Source: Balanoglossus misakiensis (taxonomy: Eukaryota > Animalia > Hemichordata). Taken from it: a DNA stretch of 64,000 bases. Below are positions 1 to 13,900 of this stretch, in pieces. The notes below the pieces were generated by a model, which was not told the origin of the DNA, made no database searches, and saw only the letters and a program-made list of their open reading frames with translations. Made by a program: the position numbers and the translations under genes. The stretch lies in the NCBI GenBank assembly GCA_040954595.2, contig CM082577.2, positions 17,181,903-17,245,902 of the forward strand. Direction: 5' to 3'. Every line of letters begins with the position of its first letter. Position 1 is the stretch's first letter.

Positions 1-162
1 TGTAGGACAATACAAAATGAATAGATGAAATTTTGGTCCCCTCTGACACAAATCATTAGCTAATTGTACACGTATGTAGACGCAGTTTTCGACATAAAGT
101 ATATCCGAGTTGAAATTAATGGGGGCTGAGACGTTCTAAAACAGATATATTGGCGTTTAAAG

Positions 163-1904
163 TCACTGGCAAAAGTTTCGCAATACGTGTCTTTTCAATT
201 TGTATTGCCTATATATCAATCCTTCATTGTCGCTAGCTACCTGTTTAGCACTACGCATTGAGGTTTTTGGTCGTTCTTCTTGCATTCTCATAGTTTCCAC
301 TGTGGTTTCCTCTTCGTCAAAAAGTGACAGCTCACTAGCCCATGAATTAGAGGTCTGTAAAGAAACCAAAGCGAAGTTCACCACTGCGTGACCATGAATC
401 AGGTTCTGTATTGGTTCATAAAAGGGACGGACATTAGGCTGCATTCACAAACACCTCTGGAGGGGGGGGGGGCGGGAGAATTGAGGGTGGATTTGAAAAA
501 ATTGAGGGTATGTAAGGGGCGATTTGAAATAATTTAGGGACTGAAAGGGGGGGACTTGAAAACTTTGAGGACTAAATATTTATTTTGAGTCCACACAAAT
601 GCAGTTTTGAACCCTTCATAATACAAATTTTTCTCATGTGGTAGGGGGACACCCCCTCCCACACCCACCCCCGTCATTCATCAACACCTTTCAATCATTG
701 ACTGGTTTATCTAGTGTCCCAGGTCAAGGGACTTGCCCCCCCCCCCTATGCTAACTTTGAACGGCGAAGGTTAAATTTGTCCTCCCCAACATACCGGTAG
801 TTGAGTTAATTTGCTTTTGGGTTCATTAAAATGCAGTTTTGAGCTCTGTATTTTATAAAATTTTCTTACGTAAATAAGGGGGGGGACCCCCTCCCAAACC
901 CACCCCTTCACTTCTCGGTTTACAATGTCTCCCAACACAGAATACAAAATACTTAAAAAATTATAAACAATGTTCAGTTTTAATACCCACTGATAAGGGG
1001 AAACATCAGTTTCAAATTCTTTTCATGGGAGCGCTGTTTTCCTTTTTTACAAGATAGATAGGTGATGTGTTTTGCTGTGTGAAAGAAAATGGGGGGGGGG
1101 GGGGGGGGTTTGAAAATTTTAGCAGTTCGGAAGGGTGGGGGGATTTGAAAATATTTCGGGTTGTGTACGGGGGGCATGTGAAAATTAACGGTAAAAAATT
1201 GAATTCTCCCGCCCCCCCCCCCTCCAGAGGTGTTTGTGAATGCAGCCTTAGCTGTAACTTTTCGCTTGTTGTCAGTTATTGTTCTGTGTGCCAAATGCAA
1301 TGTCTTTCTAGATAGTCAACAGAACATTATAATATACCCAGTACTCAACATAGTCTGGATGTAACGGCCATTGTTACTGTTGACAAATGAATTCTAGTCC
1401 GAACTTAAATTCAAATTTTGCAGAATAAGCATAGTGACTATATGCATATCGCATGTGTTAATAAGCTGGATATTAGACATTGATCATGCTTGAGGTTTGC
1501 GAACAAGAAACTGCAGTAGATACGCATAACAGGAGTACTGAACATGGCTTTACAACAGGGCTTTAAATAAATCTTCCCATTTCCGGACACCAACTATTAC
1601 AAATCGATCCCTGTGTTTAATTTGATTTTCTATATTTGCTAGTATTTTTTCTGCACTCACTGTGAATTTTAAAGATATCTGGCTCACCTTGAGGGTTTCC
1701 GGATCAGCACTGGTTTCAGATAGTTTTGCATCAGCGACATATTCATCTGCAGCTGACGGGCTTGTGTCTTGCACATGACTGGTGTCATGGCCATCCATAG
1801 CAGGAGTTCCTTCCTCGACCAGAGGGTGAACCTTGTTACTTCTGGGAGTGGCACTGGATGGGCGGGGCGACGGGTCAGAACTGTATGGACTGACGTTTAG
1901 AAAG
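163..1904 (-). CDS. Cytoplasmic tail exons (1688-1904 and 163-354)
   Basis: Phase-matched Ser/Pro/acidic low-complexity exons; stop at 163-165. A possible donor at 241 could instead continue the gene outside the window. Confidence 0.6.
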
Positions 1905-4900
1905 CTGCAGGCGGCGTAAATAGACATCATAGTTGTAAACAAACATCGACATCGATGCATAAACCCGTCCCTGGTTAATGTTTCTTGCAATGTTCTCAAC
2001 ATGATTGTCTTAACTACACATAACATAGTCAAATCGATCTAAAAGATAGGAACCTCACACATCACATGTTTTTATTTCTATGAATATGCAAATAATTATA
2101 TTATAAAATGTATGTATAATTTGTAGACAAACAGAAAGTTGCAATATAGTTAAACAACATGGCACAGGAACATGTGACTGGTATACCTCCGGGGTTCTTA
2201 TCAACACATTATTAATGTCATGCAACTCAAACATGGTGTCATGAAGTTTGTGCGAAATACAATAAAACACTATATACCCGGAGTCGCTGATTTTGTTCTT
2301 CCTGTGTCTTTTCCTATAAACGTATCCAGCATAGATGAGCAGAAGAATCAGAAGAACAAGCAAAACGGATACGAGTACAACCCAGCCATACTTGGATTCT
2401 TCTCCACAAGGCCAATTTATGTTTTCACAATGACACATGTAATGATCCACCTATTATAATAATAATTGTGATGATAATTATTATAATAACGCTCCGTCAT
2501 TTTTGAAAACGGACATATGAAGAAAATGGTTGCTCGAACTTATGTTTGCGACCAATTTGATAACGATAACACGGACAAATAGAACTTTGTTTGTGTGTGT
2601 TTGTTGTTTTACGTTGACCCCAACTATACATCACGGCAGCTTTGCGATTTATTTTACGAAGTGACATCATTTGAGTTATGAAACGTGACTAACCTCGTCG
2701 ATGCATGTAAAGTTGTAAGAGCAAGGATTAGATGTACACTCATTGATTTCAACTTCACAATAAATTCCTTCAAAACCATTGGGACAAACGCAGCCATAAC
2801 CATCAAAACCACTGCTACGACGGTGGCTTGTGCAGTCCGGATCATCTTCTGGTCCCGTACACTGTCCACCATTGACGCATCTGTTCTCCAAGACGTGAAT
2901 GTTGACGATTAGTACCTTGGAATTGCCGCCATTTTCATCTCTGACGTTTATTAGCAGTCGATCTTCGCCGAAGAAATGTTCGACCGGAATGTATTTAATG
3001 CGCGATACAACCCATGCCAGTTGATCGATTTCATATGGAGGATTTAGCCCACATGGGTATGGTACGACAGGATTCGTTCCAGTGGAAGTAAAGGGCTTCG
3101 CCTTAGATAACAGCCAGGTTGTGCAATTCTGCTCCATAAATTCAAAGTCCCGCAGTTGCTCATCGGTTTCCAACAATCCATGAGATGGATACTTAGCATC
3201 ATAAGTGATGGTTAACATGTCTCCAGTATCCACGTCATATCCACCCACCTGAGCCACAAAGTCAGCGTAAGCAGAATTGTTTGGATTCCGTTCTTCAACG
3301 GTGACATTGACTTCAACGGAATCCTCGTCCACAATGTTAAACCGCTCTACCGCAAAATACAGTTCTGGGTAGTCATTGACCGGCTCTGTGTACACGGTTA
3401 TTGTGTCTCTTGTCAGCAGTGGGTCAATAGGGTCATTCCTGTCCTCTTCAATGACAATCGCCACTACATCATCACCATAGCAATCTGCACAGGGCCGATA
3501 CGCGAATTCTCCATCGAGTGTAATCACTGCTGTGCCTAAAGTAGAGTCTGGCGAACTTTCGTCGAGCCTGAAAATGACGTCATCGCCGTCTGGGTCATAT
3601 GCAGTAAGCCGATACACAAGAGTTCCGCTGTCTTCTTTCATCCACAATTGAGACTGCGATGTCATGACCGGTTCGCCGTTCACGATGTCTCCATATATAA
3701 GTGCTGGCACGAACAAGTTGGGTCCAGCAAACATCTCGACATCTTCAGCTCTGTAGACTCTAGCGGCATTCTCTTGTGTGTGCATGTGGGTTGAACAAAT
3801 CTGGTTTACAATAAGAGAGAAAACGTGTAAGATATAAATTGAAAATAAGCACTGTCAGTGAAACAGTAACAATCTCATATAACACACGACCAATGACATA
3901 CTACCAAGTAAATAAAGTACCCAATGAATCAGTAAATCAGTCAACAACTTGAAACAAACAAACAAACAGACAGACAGACAAACAAACAAACAAACAAACA
4001 AACAAACAAACACGCACAAACAAACACGCACATAAAACAAGAGAACGAATGAATGAATGAATGAATGAATGAATGAATATCGGGAACCTTGCTTGATCAC
4101 ATTTATGTAAATAGTCCTAGTAACATTTCGAGAACCTGTATCCCTAAGGTTGGTCTTTCCGACCACTATCCTGTTTGTGTTATACGACGTTACCATGCCA
4201 ACAATTGTAATACGGGCTCACATATTTATGTTACCAGTAGGCATTTTCGAAACTTTCATGCAAACAGCTTTATCGATGACTTAAACTCTGCTTTTGAGTC
4301 TTATTGTCATACAGACGATGTAAATACTGCGTTAATGGACTGGGCAACTTCTTTTGATGACATCTGCAATACGCATGCACCAAGAGTTGTTCGAAGGGTG
4401 AAGCGGCTACGACAACCACCATGGTTTTCTTCGGAGATTTTGGAGCTAATTCATGTTAGAGACTTTCATCTCGATAAATCCGTGCGTTCCAACTCGCATG
4501 ATGACTGGAGTATGTATAGAACACTAAGAAATAAGGTAGTTCACTTTATAACCACCGAGAAGCGTCGCTACTATAGAAGTATTTTTCTGCAAATTCCAGT
4601 AATCCAACTGTTGTATGGCGTACTGTACATGACATTCTTTCAAATGATAATGCCTGTTCGCAAAGTCCTCGCATCACTTCCAATAACAGAACACTGTCGA
4701 ATCACAAAGACATTGCAGACGCCTTCAATGATTATTTCACCAGTATTGTTGTTGAGTACCGCCAAAGTCTTCCTGGCCACTCAGATTTGGCAATCACGAA
4801 AACGTGGGTTAATTCACAAATGAGCCCAAATTTACCTTCTTTTCAGCTGCCCCAAATCCCATTTAATTTTGTGATGGAGCAACTAGCATCGTTAGATGCT

Positions 4901-7900
4901 ACCAAATCTCATGGTTTTGACAATGTCTCCCCCAAACTTCTTAAAATCGGGGCAAATAGTATAGCGGGTCACATTACTAATATGTTCAATTTGTCAATAA
5001 CGAATGGTACCTTCCCTGATTGCTTTAAATGTGCCAGAGTTGTACCCATACATAAGAACGGGCCGAAACATGTTATTAGTAATTACAGGCCCATATCAAT
5101 CTTGCCTGCTTTATCAAAGATACTTGAGAGACACGTTTATAACAGTCTGTACACTTATCTACAAAATAATAAGTTAATTATGAGTTCGCAGTCGGGTTTC
5201 AGACGCTTTCATTCATGTAATACCGCATTGCTGAAGCTTACAGATCAACTTTTAAGAAATATTGATAATGGTCTGTACAATGGCCTAATGTATCCTGACT
5301 TATGTAAGGCCTTTGACCTGGTCGATCATGATATTCTTTTAAGGAAATTGTCCATTTACGGTGTTAATGATGTATCTTTAAAATGGTTTCGTTCATATCT
5401 CTCGAATAGATGTCAATTTGTCAGTTACATGGGTGAGGAATCAAAGACTTTACCTGTTGTTTGTGGTGTTCCACAAGGTTCCATTTTAGGACCTCTTTTG
5501 TTTTTAATTTTCATTAATGATTTACCGTTGAGTCTCAGCATGGGCAACATTGATATGTTTGCTGATGATCAAACACTTTGTGTCTCTGGCATCTCTATTA
5601 ATGAGGTTGGTACAAAACTTCAAGAGGACGTTTTACCAATTTCCACATGGGTTTCAAATAATGCCATGTCAATTAACACCACCAAGACAAAATGGATGAT
5701 TGTTGCCTCTCGCCCAAAGGTTAATAATGTGTCCGAGCACAGTGTCACTCCCAATATTAGGATCAATAATACTTGCATTTCTTGTGTTTCTTCTCACACA
5801 CTTCTTGGAATAGAGATTGACAATGCTTTAACATGGGATACTCGTAGATAACTTAAGTAGAAAATTGTCAATGCGGATTGGGGTACTGAGGAAATTGCGA
5901 CCTTTGACCCCAAGGCATACTCTTATGTTGGTTTATAATGCTATTTTCCTTTCTATAATTGATTACTGTTGCACTGTTTGGGGCAACACATCAAAAACCA
6001 ATCTACAGAGAATTTATAAACTTCAGAAAAGAGCCGGCAGAGTAATTTTAGGAGTAGACATTACATTTCCTTCTCGTTCTCTTCTGACAACTCTTCATTG
6101 GTTGCCCATTGATATTAGAATTGAGTATTTCATTGCTGTTCAAACTTTCAAGATACTACATGGCCTGGCGCCTGATTATTTAAATGAATTTTCCTATGTT
6201 TCTGAGATGTACAATTTTACCACTAGATCTGTCAGCAACGCTAATTTGTATGTGCCCACTTTTAAAACAGCAACTGGGCAAAGGTCTTTTATGTATCGAG
6301 CAACAAATATCTGGAACAATATTCCCCTGTCTATAAGAAGTATATACAGTCTGTCACAGTTCAAGTCACAACTACGTAACTTTTTTCACACTAAATTTAT
6401 AAATGAAGGTTCATCACTTGATTAGATTTCATGAATGTTTCCGCCATTGCGACTTGATTTGATTTTTTTCAGTGTTTTTGTTTTTTTTCCTTGTTGTATT
6501 CATTCTCATTTCGCCTTTGAGGGCTCTGTTGTATATTACAATTCTACTTTGTAACACAGACTACCCTCTTTAAATAAAGCATAATAATGAATGAATGAAT
6601 GAATGAATGGACGGACGGACGGACGAACGAACGAACGAACGAATGAACGAACGAATGAATGAATGAATGAACGGACAGACGGACGGACGGACGCAAGGAC
6701 GGATTAATGGATGGGTGAATAAATGAATGGTATAGGATAATCTGTTCTGTACCAGAAAGTTCGTTAAAAATCGTGGGCTATGAAATTGCAATTTATAGTT
6801 AAGCACAACAATGATGGTTTTACTCCATTTTGCATGTGTTTTATACGACCGTGACGTTTACCTGGTAGCTGGCGAGTTAGCGTTGGAAAAAAACGTTACG
6901 GGACTTCAGCTTCATTTGAAAGAAGTAATATACGAAATAAACCCACCTTAACTGTTAAGGTGCACATGTTACGGTCATACTGGTATTCGTCGAATGTGTC
7001 TTTGCAAGTGTGACTTGCGTCACGCCATTGCTTTGTTCCTGCAATCGTATTGAAAACGTTTCTTTCGTAAATAAAACTTCGGGCATACAATGTATATGAA
7101 AGCAATGTCGACTTCACACGCACTCGTCATTAGTTAAGAAATTGTCATACACTATCATAACAATATTTTTTTGGGTAGCAAATATCAACTCAATCACTGT
7201 GACTCAATGAAGCATTTAGATGGCCTCAGATTTTATGAGATATCGAGAGGAAGAAAGTGAAATTGATTTGTCTTAGTCTTTCATCGCTGAAAGTCTCTTA
7301 ACAAACAAGAGCTACATTATCCATTGCAAAACATTAGACTGAAAAAGTGAAGGGACAGACCTGGATCCCAAAATATCAATCGCGGGTCTTCAGCGCACAC
7401 GGCGGAATTTCCGAACAACACAGTTATTTCTAACGGGTGGTGTAAAGGTTTCGCTGCGACCGATGTAACATAGAAGGCTGGCTTTAAGGTCTCTACAATT
7501 CTACAGAAATAACACAGAGGAAAATTACTATTTTCATACCACTTTAGACTTGCCCCAAGACTATGGGCATAGTAAATTAAATACATGTTGTTCCAAGTCT
7601 CTAGAGCAACTGTAGAGAGAACGCGTATGGTTATTGGATAGGCAGTATACAGAACTCAGTTCAGTACCGAAACTCACTCAAAGCAGGCAAACTTACGAGA
7701 CGTCGAACAACCGAACTAGTTAAGAATCTTTAAAAAGACAACAAAATCGCAAGGCGACCGGTGGTCTGGTTTAACACAACTTGCAATAAACGGCGAAATA
7801 CAATGCTACCATGATTACAAAATGTTACATTCAGACTCAGCCTACGGGAAATGCTAATTACCTGTGCCGCAGAAAACGATCGGTACTATTCGTCGTGACA

Positions 7901-10900
7901 TCCGGGTCCACGATGAATGGTGAGAAGGTGAACGATGCATCCGATGTGTAGTTTTGCCGTAAATCATCGTCATCAAGGACGCCAGCTAGGATGACGTCAT
8001 CTGAATTGTCTGCAGGTATTATAACAATCACAGTTTATGCTAAAATTAGGGTAGGTCGGGTAATCGGAACAGCACATATTTTTTTTAATTGGCCTTAAGT
8101 TACAATCAATATTATTATAATTATGAAGTATCCTACAGGCGATGGGCGCAAGGCACGTGCACGTATGTGGACTCACGACAATCACTGTTGTCTATTGCAG
8201 ATCTCGCAGACCACGTGGAAACCCGAAAACATAACTGGCAATACCTGCTAATTTGGATAATGGGAATGATCTTAAAATTCGACATAGGGATGTTTACCAG
8301 TCCAGTTTAAACGTGCATCGCTCACTATTATTTTGTATTATTATTAACCTTTACTTGGAGAGTGTGTCTTGTGACAATAATAGTTTTTAAATATTTTAGA
8401 ATTACCCAATCTATTTTCTTTCCAGCATACTGCACTCACTAAATATTTACATAATTATATGAGTCAGCGTAAGGACAAGTGTAAAACGTTCGAGTCATAG
8501 GTAGCCTACCGTTATCTGTTTCTATCCTGATTTGATTTCCTTCGTGATCTTGGAGATGAAGTTCAATATCTTCACCATTAGAAGAATTTGAAAATGTGTC
8601 ACCATGCCCTGGGAAATATATAAATTATACATGAAAAGGAAGAATTAGGAAGGGGTGAAAATAGGAAAATGTGTTTGTTCAATAAAAGGAGCGGATATAC
8701 ATGTACAGGTTTCATATTGTTTGTTTCACAAAAATGTAGGCCGGCGATCGTCTTATGCGCATGTACGTAATTTCATGCGTACAAACATTCTGCAAATTTT
8801 GCGTTCGACGCATTCAAGCGCACTGTATAAGTAGACTTTAGTTTTGTCCCTTCTTTTCACCCAATTTGAGGTCTTTTTCCGATCACCAACTCAGACTATG
8901 GTTACCGCCATCGTGTCTGTTGTTAGAAAAGCACACTGCCTTATGGCATTGACTGAATACAATTTTTGTAACCAAAATCTCCGGTTTGACACATGAGCAA
9001 AATACGATCGTAAATCACAATGCCTGTAGATATTCCTACTATATAACAAGCACCGGATATTTTGACCATTGACTCAAGCAGGAAGCATAATGATTATGCT
9101 TCTATTCTAAGCTGCCCGAAAGTAGATGAGAAAAAAGTCTGGTTCCGAGGAAATTTGATTTAGATTTAGAATTATTTTTCCATCAAACATGAATGTAGTG
9201 GTCTAAATTTGTCGGAATGAAAGTGTTTTCTGAATTAACCCTGAATGCCACTAAAATATACTTACGGTAAATTGTACTTTTAGCGACACTGGCCACAGAA
9301 CACAAATGACCAACACTGCATACGGATACTTCAGTGAACAAGGTCCTAGAATAGATTAAACATTGTATCACGCTCTGCGATTTTTGTAATTTAAGAAACT
9401 CATACGACTCGGTACAGTACGACATACGTATGAAAGTAAATATGTTCACCATAATTGTGAATCGAAATGTCAAATTCGAAGATACATGTCCATATACATT
9501 TATACTGATGTGCAATTTTGTAACACATCTTTTCACAGTTTTCAGAAATAGCAATAGTCCATTCTTCTCACAGAATTCAAAACTGGTAAATGTTCTGTGA
9601 ACGAATGTTTTCTTTCTTGATAGTGTTTACCTAATATGCTAGATGGACAGCAATTGTTATCACATCAGTTGCATTACCTTCCTGGTTCCATGTAGAAACT
9701 ATTTTCAGTACCATCCACATCATCACAGTATCGCTCGAAACATTCATCATTCAGATACTTCAGCTGAGATATATTGTAGGTCGGTACGTGATTGATATAC
9801 AGATATCCTTTGCCCACAGTGACCACTGCTGAAGAATTGTACACTGTCACAATGTCTGGTACTACATCATTCAATCCTTCCTTGGAACCGATTTTGAAAT
9901 CTGAAATGATACAATGCGTTGGGTGTCATTTCAACCAACAGATAGACCTAGTATATGGGTGATATATAGTGTCCGTCATAATAATATAGCCACCGAACTC
10001 CAGAGAACACACGTACTGAAAATAAAACCATGCTGTATCGGTTAAACTGAAGGCAACATAAAGCATTATCTGCAGTTTACATGATCAGTACTCACACGTA
10101 ATTATCAATTATTATTATTGAAAAATATAAATGCAAATATACAAATAATATTATTTTAAGCATTTCAGCGTACAGTAATCCCCAACTGTTTCATCTTCAA
10201 GTCTGTCCCAAGAAACACCAGTTGATTGCTGAGAATTTGTCAGATATGTGTCGTTCGCCAAAGATATTACAGTGTAACCCAATTCTACCACTGGAGTTGC
10301 TTCCATATCTGATGTCTGGGGAGCATCCAAAACCACCATAACTCCTAATTGGAAAGATGCATATTTAGGTTGACAAAGTTAGATTTTTTTAACAAATCGC
10401 AAAATATTGGGTTTGCTAAAGTAGAAGTTACTGTGGGTTAATGCATTGGGATTTCGCGTACTGTACAAGCACGGAAATGTATCATATCACAGATTATATA
10501 CCAGTGTATAATGATGTTCGCTCATACTCTGCGTGAAACATGCATGTACCTGATGTGTAAGCATCAGTGTATAACCCAGCGTCGTCGATTGCCCTCACGG
10601 TGACGTAGTACGTGTGCTTGTTTTGCAGAACACCTTCTAGTTGGTCATTACTGGCACTCGATGCGTTTCCAACGGACACAAATTTTTGAATGTCTCCGCC
10701 GCCTGGAGTAGAACCGATGGCCCACTGGCACTCTTTTATCTATAGACGGACAACAAAAACAAGATTTTAGTCAGATGATATTATCTAGCCCGGCCGGTAA
10801 GCCCTCAATCCCAAGTAATGAGTACTGGATTAACAATAAAAACGTATGCGTCGCCATATACTTCGACGTGTCTATGGTCAGAAATGGGAACCATCGCAAA

Positions 10901-13900
10901 TGCGTTTAAATTGGTTCCACCGAACTGTGGAAACCAATCAATAATTTTATTTTGCCGTACACTGCCAGCATAGATACACGTTCTCCATTCTCTTGCTCAT
11001 GAATTCAGCGGCAATTTGAAAAGGAAATACCGTTGTTCCAACATCATGTGCGATCCATATTACAGCGATGGTGTTGTTGCTGCCTTGATAATCTGTGGGT
11101 TGTGTCGGAGACCACGACATGTCAACATGGTACAGAGATTCGAAAACGGGTGGCGTTTGATCCAGCACGATGCCACTTGATACTGCAGTCACACTCCGTC
11201 CAGAACCTAAAGAATTTCATTAAAGTGAAATCACTAAACCCGTGTATATTAAACGTTTCATATTATCATAGTTGTAAATACCAGGTTAGTACATATGTGT
11301 ATACTATAACTAATGACCCATGGGAATTTGAGGCAAAATCTTGGATAAATTTAATTTAGAATATTACAACGGTTATTATTAGGGCCTTTAACATTGATAT
11401 TGATTTTCATCACATTAAAAATGTTATAACATCATGTGCGATCAAGCCTTCTCTCAAGAGCAAATTGAAGCAGTGTTGTAAAAATCATATACAATACACC
11501 TACCAGTCATTGCTTTTACTTTCATAACATATTCGACAGGAATTTCTGTGCCATTTCTAAGTGCCCATTCAGAAAGCTGTAACCCCGTCACATTTACTGA
11601 GTACTCATACGTGACAGAACTTGAACACTGGGGATCGCAGTTGAACTTGCTGCATTCAGATTGACAGGGAATGCATGGTTGTGCAACCTGCAATTAAAGA
11701 ATTGTCGGATTTTCATATTGTATAATACTTATACATTTCTAAACAAACTCAGGAATATAAGGGTTTCTATCTAAATAACGACTTTTACTTTGGTCCCGTG
11801 AAGCAATTCATTGAAGACACAGCCGCCTACGCAGGCTTATCGTCTGGTTCAATGTGTGCCCTCAATGGCCAAGAGAAACTTGGCCTGCGAGTCGACTGGC
11901 TACACAACACCATAATATAGTACATCTCCTAAACAGTTGAGGGTGCACCAGTGTACAGCATTTAAACAGCCTTGTAGCGAAACTTGGGCTGTGAGAGCTG
12001 AACAAATATCAGCTGATTTGTTTTCTGGAAATTTGGCAGTAAAAGGTAAACTAAGTACAAATCTAAATACATTGACAACAAAAACAATCGACTCTCAGAT
12101 CGACTTGAACATTGCACTCAAATTAAAACCAAATTCCATGATGTCGTTTGGCCAATTTCACAATTTGTTGCGTGTGATATAACAAATGCTTGAAGGTCTC
12201 TAGCAAAAAGAAACGTCTATGATGTAGAACCGCCAGCACTTTATAATTACACCGACCAAAACTATCGGTGAAAATAAGAACAAAACAAACCTCTGTAAAA
12301 TTGGTCACATCAATTTCACTCCCTTGAGACTTTGAACCGACGTTCGCATAAAAAGCAACAATGGGATTGAACACATTCTGAAACGGGTCTCCATAACGAC
12401 AAAGTTCTTCTGCATCAGGTGGTGTGCTAAAAATAAAGAGATGTAAGATGCGATTATCATAACATGGACAAATGCACTGCTAATAAACAAAACGGGGGAA
12501 CGGAGGGATACGATCGGCTAGAACCCCAAAGGCAAATTTCGTACATTGTTGATTACACAAAATGTCATCTTAGAAGCTAAGCTTCGTCGAGCGGTCACGA
12601 TAACCACAATTAACATTTGAGGGAGTTTAAGTCGTCAAAAATGGCGGAAAATATAGCAATACTCCGTCCATGGAACGCACTCCCTAATACTCCGTAATCC
12701 AATAAACGTGTACAAACCTAACGATTTTAAAAACTGCACTGGAAGAAGGCGGGGAGAAGATATCGTTCACTGGTGCAACGTAATCGTTACGATTCCACAC
12801 GGAAAGACTGAGATGTGTGTTCGTACTGGGCGAAGGACAACCATTTAAGAGAGCGTGCGACCTGCCGTCAATTTTCAGTTCCATACTGACATATTCCTGA
12901 AAAAAATAAAAATGTGACGATTAAACACTGTACCACAGGCATTTGGATATGTTGCTTTTGTTTTAATTGTCCCTCGTATAACAACACATATTATAACACA
13001 CCTTGCAGCGAACCCTCGATCGTGATTCGTCAATGCGACGTCACGTTACCTTAGTCATTTCAAACTGTTCCCTAAGGCATCAGTTCGATCGGTTTGGTGT
13101 GTTATAAAACACATGATGACTGACATATTCGGGCAACAGTGTATTTTTGATGACCTCGGGACTGCCAGTCTCACCAAAACAGTCTGTTATCACTCGGGCT
13201 ATGCCCTCGGGAAACAAGACTGTTTTAGTTGTGACTGGCAGCGCCCTCGGTCATCAAAATACACTGTTACCCTCATTGCCAGTCATCATGTGTATACTGT
13301 CTTTCATCGAGGTGTAAAATTAATCTGAACCCCCCCCCCCCCCATTTCCAGGTAGAGAGGTCTAGCACTACCATGGTGGTGAAACGGTATGCTCTGAATA
13401 AAACATCCTAGTAATTACAAATATGTAATGTACCTTATCACGCGACAATTTCAGCACGTAGTTGTGGCTTTCGTCTTCTGGGTTAAAACTCATTTCTCGA
13501 ATGATGTACTCTGGTTTTATCGTCTCATTTTCAAATCGACACCAAACTACAGCATAGCTCCTGGATACACCCTCGATTTCAATTGCTATAGGTGCAATAA
13601 AAACTAAGTTAGAATATTCGCTGGTGAATATCTAACTATAAAAATAAGTATACGCATAAGCTGGTATACTCTAGATATGGGTACATTTTGCGGCAATAGC
13701 AATAATAGGTGATTGATGTAATCCAATTAAGTCTGCCTATGCCGACGTGAAACATTTTTAGCTCACGTGTTCACAAATGTATGTATGTATGGATGTATGG
13801 ATGTATGTATGTATGTATGTATGTATGTATGTATGTATGTATGTATGTATGTACATGTATTATGTACGCACGTGGAAAAGTCCAAGTTATGTTTCTGCGG

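Noticed and set aside
980-1315. Gly- and Pro-rich ORFs
   Set aside because: They come from the poly-G/poly-C tracts of the MITE.
8906-9023. Open segment with splice-like ends
   Set aside because: Its phase does not fit the next exon, whereas 9266-9345 bridges correctly.
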